Below the pieces are notes generated by a model that made no database searches, was not told the DNA's origin, and worked only from the letters and a program-made list of their open reading frames with translations. DNA of 64,000 nucleotides, taken from positions 11,655 through 75,654 of IMG/VR virus record IMGVR_UViG_3300005805_000074. The stretch is one strand, 5' to 3'. The DNA comes from a virus (Duplodnaviria; Caudoviricetes). Numbering within the stretch: position 1 is the stretch's first letter; each line of letters opens with the position of its first letter. This document shows positions 28,300 through 37,639 of the stretch, one piece after another. A program made the position numbers and the translations under genes.

Positions 28300-28815
28300 T
28301 TAATACAATTCAGGATATTCGTTTATGACATATACACCAGGTGTATTGATTGCTAAATTGTAATTCTCTCGAACACTTTCTGGAGTAGTACAATCTAATA
28401 ATGTAATAGTTTTTAACATATCACCAAATGGTTTTATATAATTTGCTTTGTGTTGGTGGCCTGGGTCAAGTGGTTTATCCGACCCCTTACCTACTCGTAC
28501 AATAACATGAACATTTTTACCTGTCATGAGTGTATACTTGTCAAGATGGTTGACTAATTGATTCATTGCTGAAATTAAAAAGTCCCATCGTGGATAAAAA
28601 CTAACTACTAACTTTCCTGTCATTGCCATACCCAAAGTCATACCCATTTGAGTTTCTTCCATGACAGGGGTTTCTATCATACGTTCTTTTGGTAATCCTT
28701 CGATTGTTTTTGACATTGGATTACCATAATAAACGATTTGTTGACCAATGAAAACCGTTTCTGGTTTGTCCATTAACAGTTTCATCGCGTTAGTTAATTC
28801 GTCTTTATAGCTCAT
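28300..28815 (-). CDS. TPP-dependent dehydrogenase/transketolase E1 beta-like, pyrimidine-binding domain only
   Basis: VFIGQ, IETPVMEETQMGM..GMAM.G, FYPRWDFL..AMNQLVNH, GHQH. Confidence 0.85.
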   Translation of the reverse strand: MSYKDELTNAMKLLMDKPETVFIGQQIVYYGNPMSKTIEGLPKERMIETPVMEETQMGMTLGMAMTGKLVVSFYPRWDFLISAMNQLVNHLDKYTLMTGKNVHVIVRVGKGSDKPLDPGHQHKANYIKPFGDMLKTITLLDCTTPESVRENYNLAINTPGVYVINEYPELY

Positions 28816-28830
28816 AGAAACACACCTATA

Positions 28831-29496
28831 TTATTTTTTAAAGTAAACTCTAAACACATATCGTTCCCAATCTACCGTTGCATCCACGGAATGTGCTAAT
28901 GTATCTTCGTAAAAATGAGAATCGAAAATTACTAATTCATTTTTTATCGGCGAGTATTTACATAGTTCTGTAACTTCGTCCTCTTCATAAAAAATTAAAT
29001 CTCCACCATTATTATTTTCCTTTGAATTTAAATACAACACAGCAGTACATATTCTATTATTACCCAAGTCTCTGTGTTTGTCCATTTTATATCCAATTCC
29101 ATATTTTATTACACTGGAATGTTCTACTTTTATCTCATCTTTTATATCACTATAGATTTCTTTTACTTTACTAAGAATAACTTCTTCTAACTTATGTTTT
29201 AAGTTTGAATCAATTGAAAAATCTGAATCTTTTCTTAGTAACTCAACTTTATCGTAATCTAATACATCATTATGAGAAAAAATAAACTTTTCTACATTCG
29301 TACATTCAATAAATTCTTTATTAAGTTCGAATGAAAAATTAAAATCTTTAGTTCTTACTGTCATTCTCGCTAGAAAGTGTTGACTATCTTCTTGCTCATT
29401 ACATTGCCTAATGACATCGTTTAATGCAACATCAGGTTGGTCTAAAACATTCTCAAAAATAAAAGCTCTACCAACTATATCATTTTTTAAGTTCAT
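28831..29496 (-). CDS. 2OG-Fe(II) oxygenase
   Basis: MDKHRD, TAVLYLN....GGDL.F, HSV, RYV motifs. Confidence 0.8.
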   Translation of the reverse strand: MNLKNDIVGRAFIFENVLDQPDVALNDVIRQCNEQEDSQHFLARMTVRTKDFNFSFELNKEFIECTNVEKFIFSHNDVLDYDKVELLRKDSDFSIDSNLKHKLEEVILSKVKEIYSDIKDEIKVEHSSVIKYGIGYKMDKHRDLGNNRICTAVLYLNSKENNNGGDLIFYEEDEVTELCKYSPIKNELVIFDSHFYEDTLAHSVDATVDWERYVFRVYFKK

Positions 29497-30485
29497 GGTT
29501 TTGACTCTGGATTAAATTGATGTTTATTTTCCTTGTACCATCGCAATGCGTCTGCTAATCCCGTCTTTAAATCATATTTAGTAGTCCATCCTAAATTTTT
29601 TAACTTAGTGTTATCAAGTAATCGGACAGGTATCATTGGTGCTTTATTATTTACAAAATTAATTGGATTGGTGTTACCTTCAATTTCTTTAATAGTATTC
29701 AATACTTCCATTACGGTATATCCTTCCCCGTAAGATACATTATAGATATCATATGTGTCAACCTTTTCCGCAACAGTAATAAATCCACTTACCATATCAT
29801 CAACATGGATAACATCACGAACTTCAGTTCCATCTCCCCACACTGGAATTGGATTTAGTCCATCTGCTACCTTACGGATATTTGCAGGGGTAACATGACA
29901 CTTTTCATAATCATACTTGTCATTTGGACCATATGCATTTGATGGTCTGATAATAACGCATTGCATTGGGTTGTGAATTTGGTTAGAGAAAAAGTCACAC
30001 AATGTTTCACAGTATCGTTTCATCCAACCCACTGCCTTATATACAGGAACAATATCTGGTGTTTGTACGACCGTATCTTCCGTACACGATACATCACCCA
30101 TATCTGGGTATGTAGTATTTGAAGAAATGAAGATAAACTTACGAACATTATTCTTCCAACTTTGTTCCATAAGATTAACATTCATTTCTATATTTGGTGT
30201 AACATGAAGAAGTGGATTAAACTTTGTATCAAGAGCATTTGATGTATTTGCCGCACAGTGGAACACAATATCTACATTTTTGGATACTACTTCACAAAAA
30301 TCTGCATCTTGTAAATTTCCTCTAATGTGTTCTACACCATCTAGTGTATCACGTAGTTCTCTATTCCAAGAGGTAGCGCGTAGATTTGTGTATCCTAATT
30401 CATGTAACATCTTTAATAAGCGTGACCCAATAAATCCACTTGCTCCAGTAACTAAAATTTTGTCTGTTTTGTTCATATTAAACAC
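29493..30485 (-). CDS. NAD-dependent epimerase/reductase (GDP-fucose-synthase-like SDR)
   Basis: VTGASGFIG, FHCAA, FISS, RPSNAYGP.D, VWGDGTEVRDVIHVDD. True start may be 30476. Confidence 0.9.
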   Translation of the reverse strand: MFNMNKTDKILVTGASGFIGSRLLKMLHELGYTNLRATSWNRELRDTLDGVEHIRGNLQDADFCEVVSKNVDIVFHCAANTSNALDTKFNPLLHVTPNIEMNVNLMEQSWKNNVRKFIFISSNTTYPDMGDVSCTEDTVVQTPDIVPVYKAVGWMKRYCETLCDFFSNQIHNPMQCVIIRPSNAYGPNDKYDYEKCHVTPANIRKVADGLNPIPVWGDGTEVRDVIHVDDMVSGFITVAEKVDTYDIYNVSYGEGYTVMEVLNTIKEIEGNTNPINFVNNKAPMIPVRLLDNTKLKNLGWTTKYDLKTGLADALRWYKENKHQFNPESKP

Positions 30486-31509
30486 CTAAATTTACAAAAT
30501 GTGAAGAGTTTATTAACTCATGATATACGATAATTTCTTGTTTCAAATACTCAGATACAATACAGGTACTAGCACTATCATTTACTAACGCGTCATTTGT
30601 AAAAAAATGATTGTTTCTATATAAATCTATAGCATATTTGTATATTGGACTGTTATCTTCCTTTCGTTGGTCCTTCATTATTTCTTCATAAAGTCTATCG
30701 TCTACATTACGTAACTTTGAAAAGAATTCCGCAGCCGCGGGAGTTCGTAAATGAGATAAATCTATTATTTTAATTTTTGAAGTATCTTTGATGTTATACA
30801 TTATTTCTTGAAAATGTACCAGATAGGGTTCAGAATGAACATCTCTGATTATCATACCCCATTTATTAGAAATAAAATATTTGAACACCTTTTTAATGAT
30901 GTTTGGTGGTAAATGTTCAGTTACCGAAATACTATCGAATTGTGCTTCAACAAAACATTTAATTATCAATCCCATCATTTCATCAGAAACTTGTAGTTGA
31001 CTCTTGAAAAAATCATATTCGTCTGGCCAGTGTTGTACATCAAAACAATATGCGATAATACATTGTGTAACACCCGAAAAAAATCTGTCAAGTGGGTTTC
31101 TTACTAGAAAAATTATATCTTTTTTATTCTCAAAGAAAAATTCAGTGTAAGATTTTACTCCCATTTCTGTCAAAAAATCGTTATCAGTGTTCCATCTAGG
31201 ATATGACCGTAATTTTTCATTCAAATCTTCTGGTCTTAATTTCTCTTTTTCGTGCCATGGGGTATGTACATATTTCTTAGAAAATTTATATTCTATAGAA
31301 TCATTACCATTAATAATATTAGAAGGATATGTCTTAATTGTAAAATCGATTTGTTTATTATCTGTATGTATGTTATCTTGACCGTTACAAACTAACGTAC
31401 GAAAAAATCTTGTACCAACTTTTTTGTATTGTAATAGCACTCCATTATCAAATACACATACAGTTGGTTCAAATACTTTTGCATCAGGATAATTATTTGT
31501 CATATTCAT
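30478..31509 (-). CDS. Sulfotransferase family 2-like protein
   Basis: YKKVGTRF and FLVRNPLDRFFSG motifs. Confidence 0.55.
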   Translation of the reverse strand: MNMTNNYPDAKVFEPTVCVFDNGVLLQYKKVGTRFFRTLVCNGQDNIHTDNKQIDFTIKTYPSNIINGNDSIEYKFSKKYVHTPWHEKEKLRPEDLNEKLRSYPRWNTDNDFLTEMGVKSYTEFFFENKKDIIFLVRNPLDRFFSGVTQCIIAYCFDVQHWPDEYDFFKSQLQVSDEMMGLIIKCFVEAQFDSISVTEHLPPNIIKKVFKYFISNKWGMIIRDVHSEPYLVHFQEIMYNIKDTSKIKIIDLSHLRTPAAAEFFSKLRNVDDRLYEEIMKDQRKEDNSPIYKYAIDLYRNNHFFTNDALVNDSASTCIVSEYLKQEIIVYHELINSSHFVNLGV

Positions 31510-32470
31510 TTAAATAATAGTTTATAGTTTCTAATAACCCTTCTTTAAGAGAGACTTTTTGTTTGATTCCAAATGATTCTGCTCGTTCGGTACTCATTAA
31601 TCGTTTTGCATCACCATTTGGTTTTGTATGGTCCCACTCAATTCCAACCTTAACACCATACATTTCTTCATATAACTCTACAAGAGTTTCTGCAAGCTCC
31701 TTAATAGTTACACCCGTTCCACTACCCAAATTAATTGGTTGTGTAATACGTTGTTCATATGCTTGGATAATACCATCGGCAACATCACCAGCGTAAATGA
31801 AATCACGAATCGGTGACCCATCACCCCAACATACAAGAGGATGTTCTTTTTCACCAAATAATCTCTTAATTAAAGATGCGATAACAGTTGATTCTGGTCC
31901 GAAGTTGTCGTGGCGTCCGTAAATATTAGCCGGACGGACAATAGATGCCTTATTCCAGTTATATGATACTTGATATACTTCTGCTTGAAGTTCTCCTAGT
32001 CTCTTCGCCCACCCCGCATACTTATCCTTTTCAGATGGGAATGTTTTCCATACATCATCTTCAATAAACACTTCTGCTGGTTGGTATACGCCAACGGTAG
32101 ACGTAAAGACATACCACTCGACATCTTCAAGTCGAGCGGCTTCCATCATATTAGTATTGAATTGTAGCATAGGGACAAAATAATCCGCTGGTTGTTCCAT
32201 CGCCCGTTTGGGGGAACCTTTTACTCCGGCGATGTGAAAGATTACATCCTGTCCTTTAACGACTTCTCTACATTGAATAAATTCACGAAGGTCGGCTTGG
32301 ATGAAATGATAGTTCTCTTTGTACTTTTGAATCTGATTTTTTGGTTCTACGATATCTACCGCGGTAACTATTGCACCCCGTTCCATACACTTCTGTACCG
32401 CGTAATTACCAACAAGACCATTGGCGCCAGTAATTAAAACCTTTTTACCATTCATTTTGTATTTCCTCAA
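31493..32470 (-). CDS. NAD-dependent epimerase/reductase (GDP-fucose-synthase-like SDR)
   Basis: ITGANGLVG, FHIAG, RPANIYG.HDNF, WGDGSPIRDFIY. True start may be 32455. Confidence 0.9.
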   Translation of the reverse strand: MRKYKMNGKKVLITGANGLVGNYAVQKCMERGAIVTAVDIVEPKNQIQKYKENYHFIQADLREFIQCREVVKGQDVIFHIAGVKGSPKRAMEQPADYFVPMLQFNTNMMEAARLEDVEWYVFTSTVGVYQPAEVFIEDDVWKTFPSEKDKYAGWAKRLGELQAEVYQVSYNWNKASIVRPANIYGRHDNFGPESTVIASLIKRLFGEKEHPLVCWGDGSPIRDFIYAGDVADGIIQAYEQRITQPINLGSGTGVTIKELAETLVELYEEMYGVKVGIEWDHTKPNGDAKRLMSTERAESFGIKQKVSLKEGLLETINYYLNEYDK

Positions 32471-33632
32471 AAATAACTTTTAGTGTGTCTAATTCTAAAT
32501 CATAAAACAAGTTTCTGTTATGTATACAAATTTCTTTTGTACTTTTATAAATATCATTCAACTCTTCTATACTCTTACTATTTAAAGACTTTACTAAAGA
32601 AATTAATGATTTCATACGTTCTATTGAATTTTCTATATCGTCGTACTCTTCATTCCATATGCTAGAAAATGTCTTAAAACCATATTTTTTTATTTGTTTT
32701 AAATATCCGTGTGGTCCAAACACAATAAACGGTTGGTAACATAATATTGGTTTTAATATTTTCTCTGATACAAACAATTCATTATCTACAAATGCAGTTT
32801 CCGTTACCAAATTTACACAACTGTCTATAAATAAATTTTTTTTAAATGTGTTTGACGTATTAAAGTCTACTTTACTATCGACATATTGTGTATCCAATTC
32901 TATTGGTATACTCTTATTGTAAAGTTCTATTGTTTCTTGTGATAATTCTACATTATTATACTTTTTAAAAAATTCTACATTTTCCGTAGCATAATCTATT
33001 GGTCTGAGAAAACTAAAATATGAATTTTTAAATGTACCTTTTATATATTCATCAAGTAATACAAACCTATGAGCTCGGTCTAATGACCTGTTAAAACATA
33101 AGAATTTTTTATTTCTAAAGTTATTCAGCTCGTTTAACTCTATTTGTTCGCTAAAATAACCTAAAGAATTTTCATATCTAAAAAAATTATTTTTGTTCTG
33201 TGTTGCTTCTTCTAGGAAAAAATCAAATGTGTATATCTTATGTTTAGAAACAGTTGGAATATTTGACAGTTTTGTATTTGTATCTATGTATATTAATTTA
33301 TCAAAGTTTAATCCGTGACTTTTTAAATATCGTAGAGAAAATTTATATGTAGATTCTCCTGTTGGATCTGGTAATCCTAGTATTAGTAATTTTATATCAT
33401 TTTCATTTATAAATTGTATCAGTCCTACTGGTATTTTTCTAATACTGTACCCACCCTCATCTATCTCTATTGGTAATATATTTTTAAAACCTTCTTTCAA
33501 TTGACCATTTAAAGTATAACTTAATTTATTTTTTTGTATGTACTGGTTTAGTGGGCCTTGCCGTGCAAATTTTCCATTTCCATTTGGTGAAAGTATATCA
33601 TCTAAGAATACAAAATTTAAAATACTACCCAT
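32445..33632 (-). CDS. Glycosyltransferase-like protein (GT10-like motif family)
   Basis: KKFLCFNRSLDRAHR, SCVNLVTETAF...FVSEKILKPI...QPFIVFG...GFKTF. Confidence 0.55.
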   Translation of the reverse strand: MGSILNFVFLDDILSPNGNGKFARQGPLNQYIQKNKLSYTLNGQLKEGFKNILPIEIDEGGYSIRKIPVGLIQFINENDIKLLILGLPDPTGESTYKFSLRYLKSHGLNFDKLIYIDTNTKLSNIPTVSKHKIYTFDFFLEEATQNKNNFFRYENSLGYFSEQIELNELNNFRNKKFLCFNRSLDRAHRFVLLDEYIKGTFKNSYFSFLRPIDYATENVEFFKKYNNVELSQETIELYNKSIPIELDTQYVDSKVDFNTSNTFKKNLFIDSCVNLVTETAFVDNELFVSEKILKPILCYQPFIVFGPHGYLKQIKKYGFKTFSSIWNEEYDDIENSIERMKSLISLVKSLNSKSIEELNDIYKSTKEICIHNRNLFYDLELDTLKVIFEEIQNEW

Positions 33633-34249
33633 TTTCCTGTTCCGTAATGAGGGTATTTTGATTTATAGTTATAATAAATAACATCCTCTGGAATATCGCG
33701 TAACACATATCCCCATGTAACTTCCGTGGGAGTATTTGTGGATACATGATTATCTTCTACTATAAAATATAATGGTAAGTTGAAATTTCTAGCATATTTA
33801 TGAACTTCATAAAATATACCACTTTCAAATGACATATCTCCTATAAAACACCAAACCTTATCATCACCACCATCTCTCTTAATAGCAGTAGCAACCCCAA
33901 GAGCTATAGAGAGAGTTCCACCGACTATAGCCGATGAGTAAAACTTCTCATCTATATTACATAAAGTGATTGATTTACCTTTAAGAATTTCCGACTCAAT
34001 CCAATCTGGTGATACTCCTTTTAGTAATGCGTGATAGTGGGAACGCCAAGTTGAAAAAACCCAATCAGTTGATTTTATTCTAGTGAATATATCAATAAGT
34101 TCGGCTTCATTTCCATTAGAAAGGTGAATTGGACCACGAATTTTGCCACCTTCCCAGTACTCTATTATTTTATCTTCAAATGTAATCAACTCATCTGGTG
34201 TATACTTATTTTCCCTGACTACAGGATATTTTTCTAAATTACTAATCAT
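33617..34249 (-). CDS. TPP-dependent dehydrogenase E1 alpha-like
   Basis: GPIHLSNGNE, STWRSHYHAL.KG, SAIVGG, GD...ESG....N..EDN TPP-binding motif. Confidence 0.88.
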   Translation of the reverse strand: MISNLEKYPVVRENKYTPDELITFEDKIIEYWEGGKIRGPIHLSNGNEAELIDIFTRIKSTDWVFSTWRSHYHALLKGVSPDWIESEILKGKSITLCNIDEKFYSSAIVGGTLSIALGVATAIKRDGGDDKVWCFIGDMSFESGIFYEVHKYARNFNLPLYFIVEDNHVSTNTPTEVTWGYVLRDIPEDVIYYNYKSKYPHYGTGKWVVF

Positions 34250-34261
34250 ACTCTTCCTCGT

Positions 34262-34816
34262 TTATAACGAATCTCTTTTTTGTAAGATTGGATTGTTCGT
34301 AGGCCATTCCATATTAAACTTGGGGTCATTCCATTTAATTACAGACTGTTTGTCTACATCAACAAAATTACCTTCATAAAACAAATTATAACTGAACACA
34401 CAGTCTGTTAGTGCGAAATGACCATTTGCAAATCCAGGTGGCACTAGTACTTGCATCTTGTTTGCTTCAGATATTATGTAAGATTCCCATTTACCATAGG
34501 TTAGAGAATCTTCTCGAATATCTAATACAACCAAATATATCTCACCTACAAGTGCTTGAACCATTTTCCATGTTTTATGGTCATAGTGTAATCCACGAAG
34601 GACACCCTTGTATGACCGTGAGTGTCTATCGTGGACCGTTAAATCTTCCATATAACCGATGTATTGTTTAACTGGATGATATTTTGAGTGATAACTAGTC
34701 CAAATTTCCCCACGAAACTCTTGGTACGAGGTAGGAGAAAACATGGGAACTTCATCACCAAACACCTTTGACGGTTTCATATCAAAGTCATTCCAGTTTG
34801 CGTATTTGTAATTCAT
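34262..34816 (-). CDS. rmlC: dTDP-4-dehydrorhamnose 3,5-epimerase (RmlC-like cupin)
   Basis: EFRG, S..GVLRGLHY, VPPGFANGH, IKWNDP, LQKRD. Confidence 0.9.
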   Translation of the reverse strand: MNYKYANWNDFDMKPSKVFGDEVPMFSPTSYQEFRGEIWTSYHSKYHPVKQYIGYMEDLTVHDRHSRSYKGVLRGLHYDHKTWKMVQALVGEIYLVVLDIREDSLTYGKWESYIISEANKMQVLVPPGFANGHFALTDCVFSYNLFYEGNFVDVDKQSVIKWNDPKFNMEWPTNNPILQKRDSL

Positions 34817-34817
34817 A

Positions 34818-35786
34818 TTATAAGTTGTTAGCGTACCCTAGTGGGAATCCGTTTCTAAATTCGGAGGACATCTTGGGTACAATCATTTTATATGTGTCTA
34901 TCAACTGGTGAATACCATCGTCAATACTGTACTGCGGTTTCCATCCCGTTGCTTCAATCTTTTCGTTGGATACAATATAATCTCGTTTATCTGGGTCTTC
35001 GTAATAATCTGATACACTGATTGAGAAGTCTGGTACATACTTTTTAATCAGATTTACTAATTCTAGTTTAGATAAATTGGCATCAGATAATCCCACATTG
35101 AATACTTCATTTTTGTGAGTATCATAGTTTGTAATCATGAAAGAGAATACATCCGCAACATCTTCAATATGAATATAGTTTCTCTTAAAATGTGGTTCAA
35201 ACAGTACGATATATTTGTCAGTAATTGCCTTATATACAAACTCATTAACTAACAAATCGGTTCTCATCCGTGGTGATGGTCCGAACACCGTTGCTAATCG
35301 GAAACAGATTGCATCTGTATTCTGTAATAGGTATCTTTCGGCATTTACCTTTGTCACCCCGTAATGAGAGATAGGATTGAGTGGACTTTTTTCAGTACAT
35401 ACCTGTCCGCCTTCCGCTACACCATATCCACTATTCGTATTAGGGAACAATATCTTTGACTTCCCATCAGCAAAATTTACTACATCAACAATTTGTTCAT
35501 AGTTTAATTGTGTCGCACCTAATGGGTCTGCATCGCACGCAGGGAATCCAACTCTAGCTGCGAGCGGGATAACAATATCATGTGTTGTTACTAATTTCTT
35601 CAGAAGGTCTTTATTTCTTGCATCTCCATAAACAAACTTAAAGTTTTTATTCTTAACAAACGGGAGCAACGATAACTGGTTAAACTCCAAAGAGTCTAAC
35701 ACAGTTACCGAATACCCATCATTGAGTAATCTGTTCGTAATGGTGGAACCTAAGTAACCAGCACCACCCGTTAATAAAATTCTCAC
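34818..35786 (-). CDS. NAD-dependent epimerase/dehydratase (SDR)
   Basis: GTG start; LTGGAGYLGS, YGVTK catalytic motif, FRLATVFG.SPRMR.DLLVN. Confidence 0.92.
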   Translation of the reverse strand: MRILLTGGAGYLGSTITNRLLNDGYSVTVLDSLEFNQLSLLPFVKNKNFKFVYGDARNKDLLKKLVTTHDIVIPLAARVGFPACDADPLGATQLNYEQIVDVVNFADGKSKILFPNTNSGYGVAEGGQVCTEKSPLNPISHYGVTKVNAERYLLQNTDAICFRLATVFGPSPRMRTDLLVNEFVYKAITDKYIVLFEPHFKRNYIHIEDVADVFSFMITNYDTHKNEVFNVGLSDANLSKLELVNLIKKYVPDFSISVSDYYEDPDKRDYIVSNEKIEATGWKPQYSIDDGIHQLIDTYKMIVPKMSSEFRNGFPLGYANNL

Positions 35787-35787
35787 C

Positions 35788-36570
35788 TTAGAATCCCCAA
35801 TGTTCCTTTCTCATCGCGTACATATCAATCGGTTCACGCTTCATTTGCGCTCCAGATGCGAACGGTGCGCCTTCCTTTAAGTATCCACCGATGAAATTAC
35901 GGCGCATTCTCTTTGAGAGATTTGGTTCCGACCCGTGGACAACGTGTGAATGAAGAATGGTCATTGTTCCCTTACGTTGATACCCTTCTACCTTTCTAAA
36001 GGTATGTCCCTCTGGCATGACACATGGTTTACCGCGTTCATTATGCCAGAACGCAGGATTAGTTTTGGTCCGTTCTTCATCTACTTCAATCGGAAGTACT
36101 GGTAAAAGGTGTGAACCTTCATAATTCCATACAGCACCATTTACTGGGTCATGGTTATCCAGTGCAATTGCAACATTGATGATTTCATTTGGACCACATT
36201 TAGTATAGAATGCATTTTGATGTTGGTCGCGACCAAGTTGTCCGGGTGGTTTGAAATATCCCCAACTTTGCATACCAATTATATTTCCCCCCATCAAGAA
36301 TTCACATGCTTCAAGAATTTTTGGATGAGAATATAACTTTGCTAATTTTGGAGATAACTTGTGTGGATACGAGAAAGGATCCCACTCTCCCCAAACCTTA
36401 CCATCGGGCGCAGTAGTTCCAGTTCGTTCTCTACGGAGTTTATCCATTTCTTCATTGACTTCATCTACCTCTTCTTCTGTGAGAAGTTCGAGGTTTATGT
36501 AACCAATATAACGCCATGCAAACATCATTTGTTGCTGTTCGTCTATTGTTAAATACTTGTACTCTTTCAT
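35788..36570 (-). CDS. Phytanoyl-CoA dioxygenase (PhyH)-family 2OG-Fe(II) enzyme
   Basis: FKPPG, HQN, IALD....NG, PGSH-like EGSH, HVVHGS.PN.S.R.R; SD GGAGG. Confidence 0.85.
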   Translation of the reverse strand: MKEYKYLTIDEQQQMMFAWRYIGYINLELLTEEEVDEVNEEMDKLRRERTGTTAPDGKVWGEWDPFSYPHKLSPKLAKLYSHPKILEACEFLMGGNIIGMQSWGYFKPPGQLGRDQHQNAFYTKCGPNEIINVAIALDNHDPVNGAVWNYEGSHLLPVLPIEVDEERTKTNPAFWHNERGKPCVMPEGHTFRKVEGYQRKGTMTILHSHVVHGSEPNLSKRMRRNFIGGYLKEGAPFASGAQMKREPIDMYAMRKEHWGF

Positions 36571-36599
36571 ACATCCTCCCTAATATGGGTTTACAGTTA

Positions 36600-36628
36600 A
36601 AACTAATTAATTACAACTAATTTGTCAA
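36600..36628 (-). promoter_or_regulatory. Putative sigma70-type promoter (TTGACA-N17-TAGTTT)
   Basis: Perfect -35 at 36623-36628 and a TAnnnT -10 at 36600-36605, in the intergenic gap upstream of the PhyH gene. Confidence 0.55.
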
Positions 36629-36631
36629 GGG

Positions 36632-37639
36632 TTATTCTCGTTCAATATCTAAAGTAATACAATGCGGACCACCACTTAATGTCCTCGCGTGTCTTAATTT
36701 AACGGGTATAGAATCTATTCCCATTTTTTTCAATAATTTCATTAACATAATTTGATGTTCTTCTACCATGACCAAATTCTCATTGATAGAAAGAATATTC
36801 ATACCCAACCATGGTGATGCCGGACACCAATCTGACATAACTTGAGTTGCATACGGTTCTGGTGCACTAAGTATGTGCCAATTCTTTAGAAATTGTGGCA
36901 TATTATTTGTATTGACTCTGGAAGGATTTGTTAATACCAAACCTTCTCGTAAGAAAACAAATGTGGTATCTATGTGAATGTACGCGTATACATTTTCCGC
37001 AAGATGTACTGTATATTTATCAGAGATATTGTCTCGTAACCACGTTTGTAAATATTCTGCCCCAACTTTATTTCCAGTGTTAGATATTAAATATAATAAG
37101 TCATAGTTTGCCCGTAGAACATTTGCAGCATCAAATACAGGTTCATTATTCATCAATGTACTTCTAGATAAGTCACTACGGTCATATAAACTATCTTCTG
37201 CGACTGGTTTTGGGAATGTTACCCAACTTTCGGTGGTGAATAGTTGTTTGTATTTATCCGCCTCATCCCGACGTTGACGTAAGGTCATTGGAGTAGCTAT
37301 TACCTTATCTTTAATTACTAACATAGAATCTCGGGGGCAGTAATCATAGTATGAGTCATTAAATGGTCTGTCACCTGGTATTACTGGTGGTCTGTATACC
37401 TCGACCCCCAATCCTACCAAAATCTTTTGAATTTCATTTAAATCTTCTTCTGTTTCTTCTAAAACTTGATTAGGATATGCCCCAGTTGGTATTGTAAAAA
37501 ACTGGTCATCTGTGTAGTGAGCATAGTCTATACAATGTAATCCTTTATCTTTGACTGATGGAATCTGTGCATTGTGAACATTTCCTAGTATTATCTTTTT
37601 AAGATTACCCCACTCATTATTTACATTAGGTGTTAACAT
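36632..37639 (-). CDS. Amidinotransferase (glycine/inosamine-phosphate amidinotransferase family)
   Basis: NEWGNLKKIILG, YCPRD, PVFDAAN, IHIDTT and LSGGPHCITLD (catalytic Asp, His and Cys all present). Confidence 0.92.
   Translation of the reverse strand: MLTPNVNNEWGNLKKIILGNVHNAQIPSVKDKGLHCIDYAHYTDDQFFTIPTGAYPNQVLEETEEDLNEIQKILVGLGVEVYRPPVIPGDRPFNDSYYDYCPRDSMLVIKDKVIATPMTLRQRRDEADKYKQLFTTESWVTFPKPVAEDSLYDRSDLSRSTLMNNEPVFDAANVLRANYDLLYLISNTGNKVGAEYLQTWLRDNISDKYTVHLAENVYAYIHIDTTFVFLREGLVLTNPSRVNTNNMPQFLKNWHILSAPEPYATQVMSDWCPASPWLGMNILSINENLVMVEEHQIMLMKLLKKMGIDSIPVKLRHARTLSGGPHCITLDIERE

Noticed and set aside
36223-36236. Perfect 14-bp palindrome TTGGTCGCGACCAA
   Set aside because: It is a single occurrence inside a coding region with no second copy seen; likely chance.
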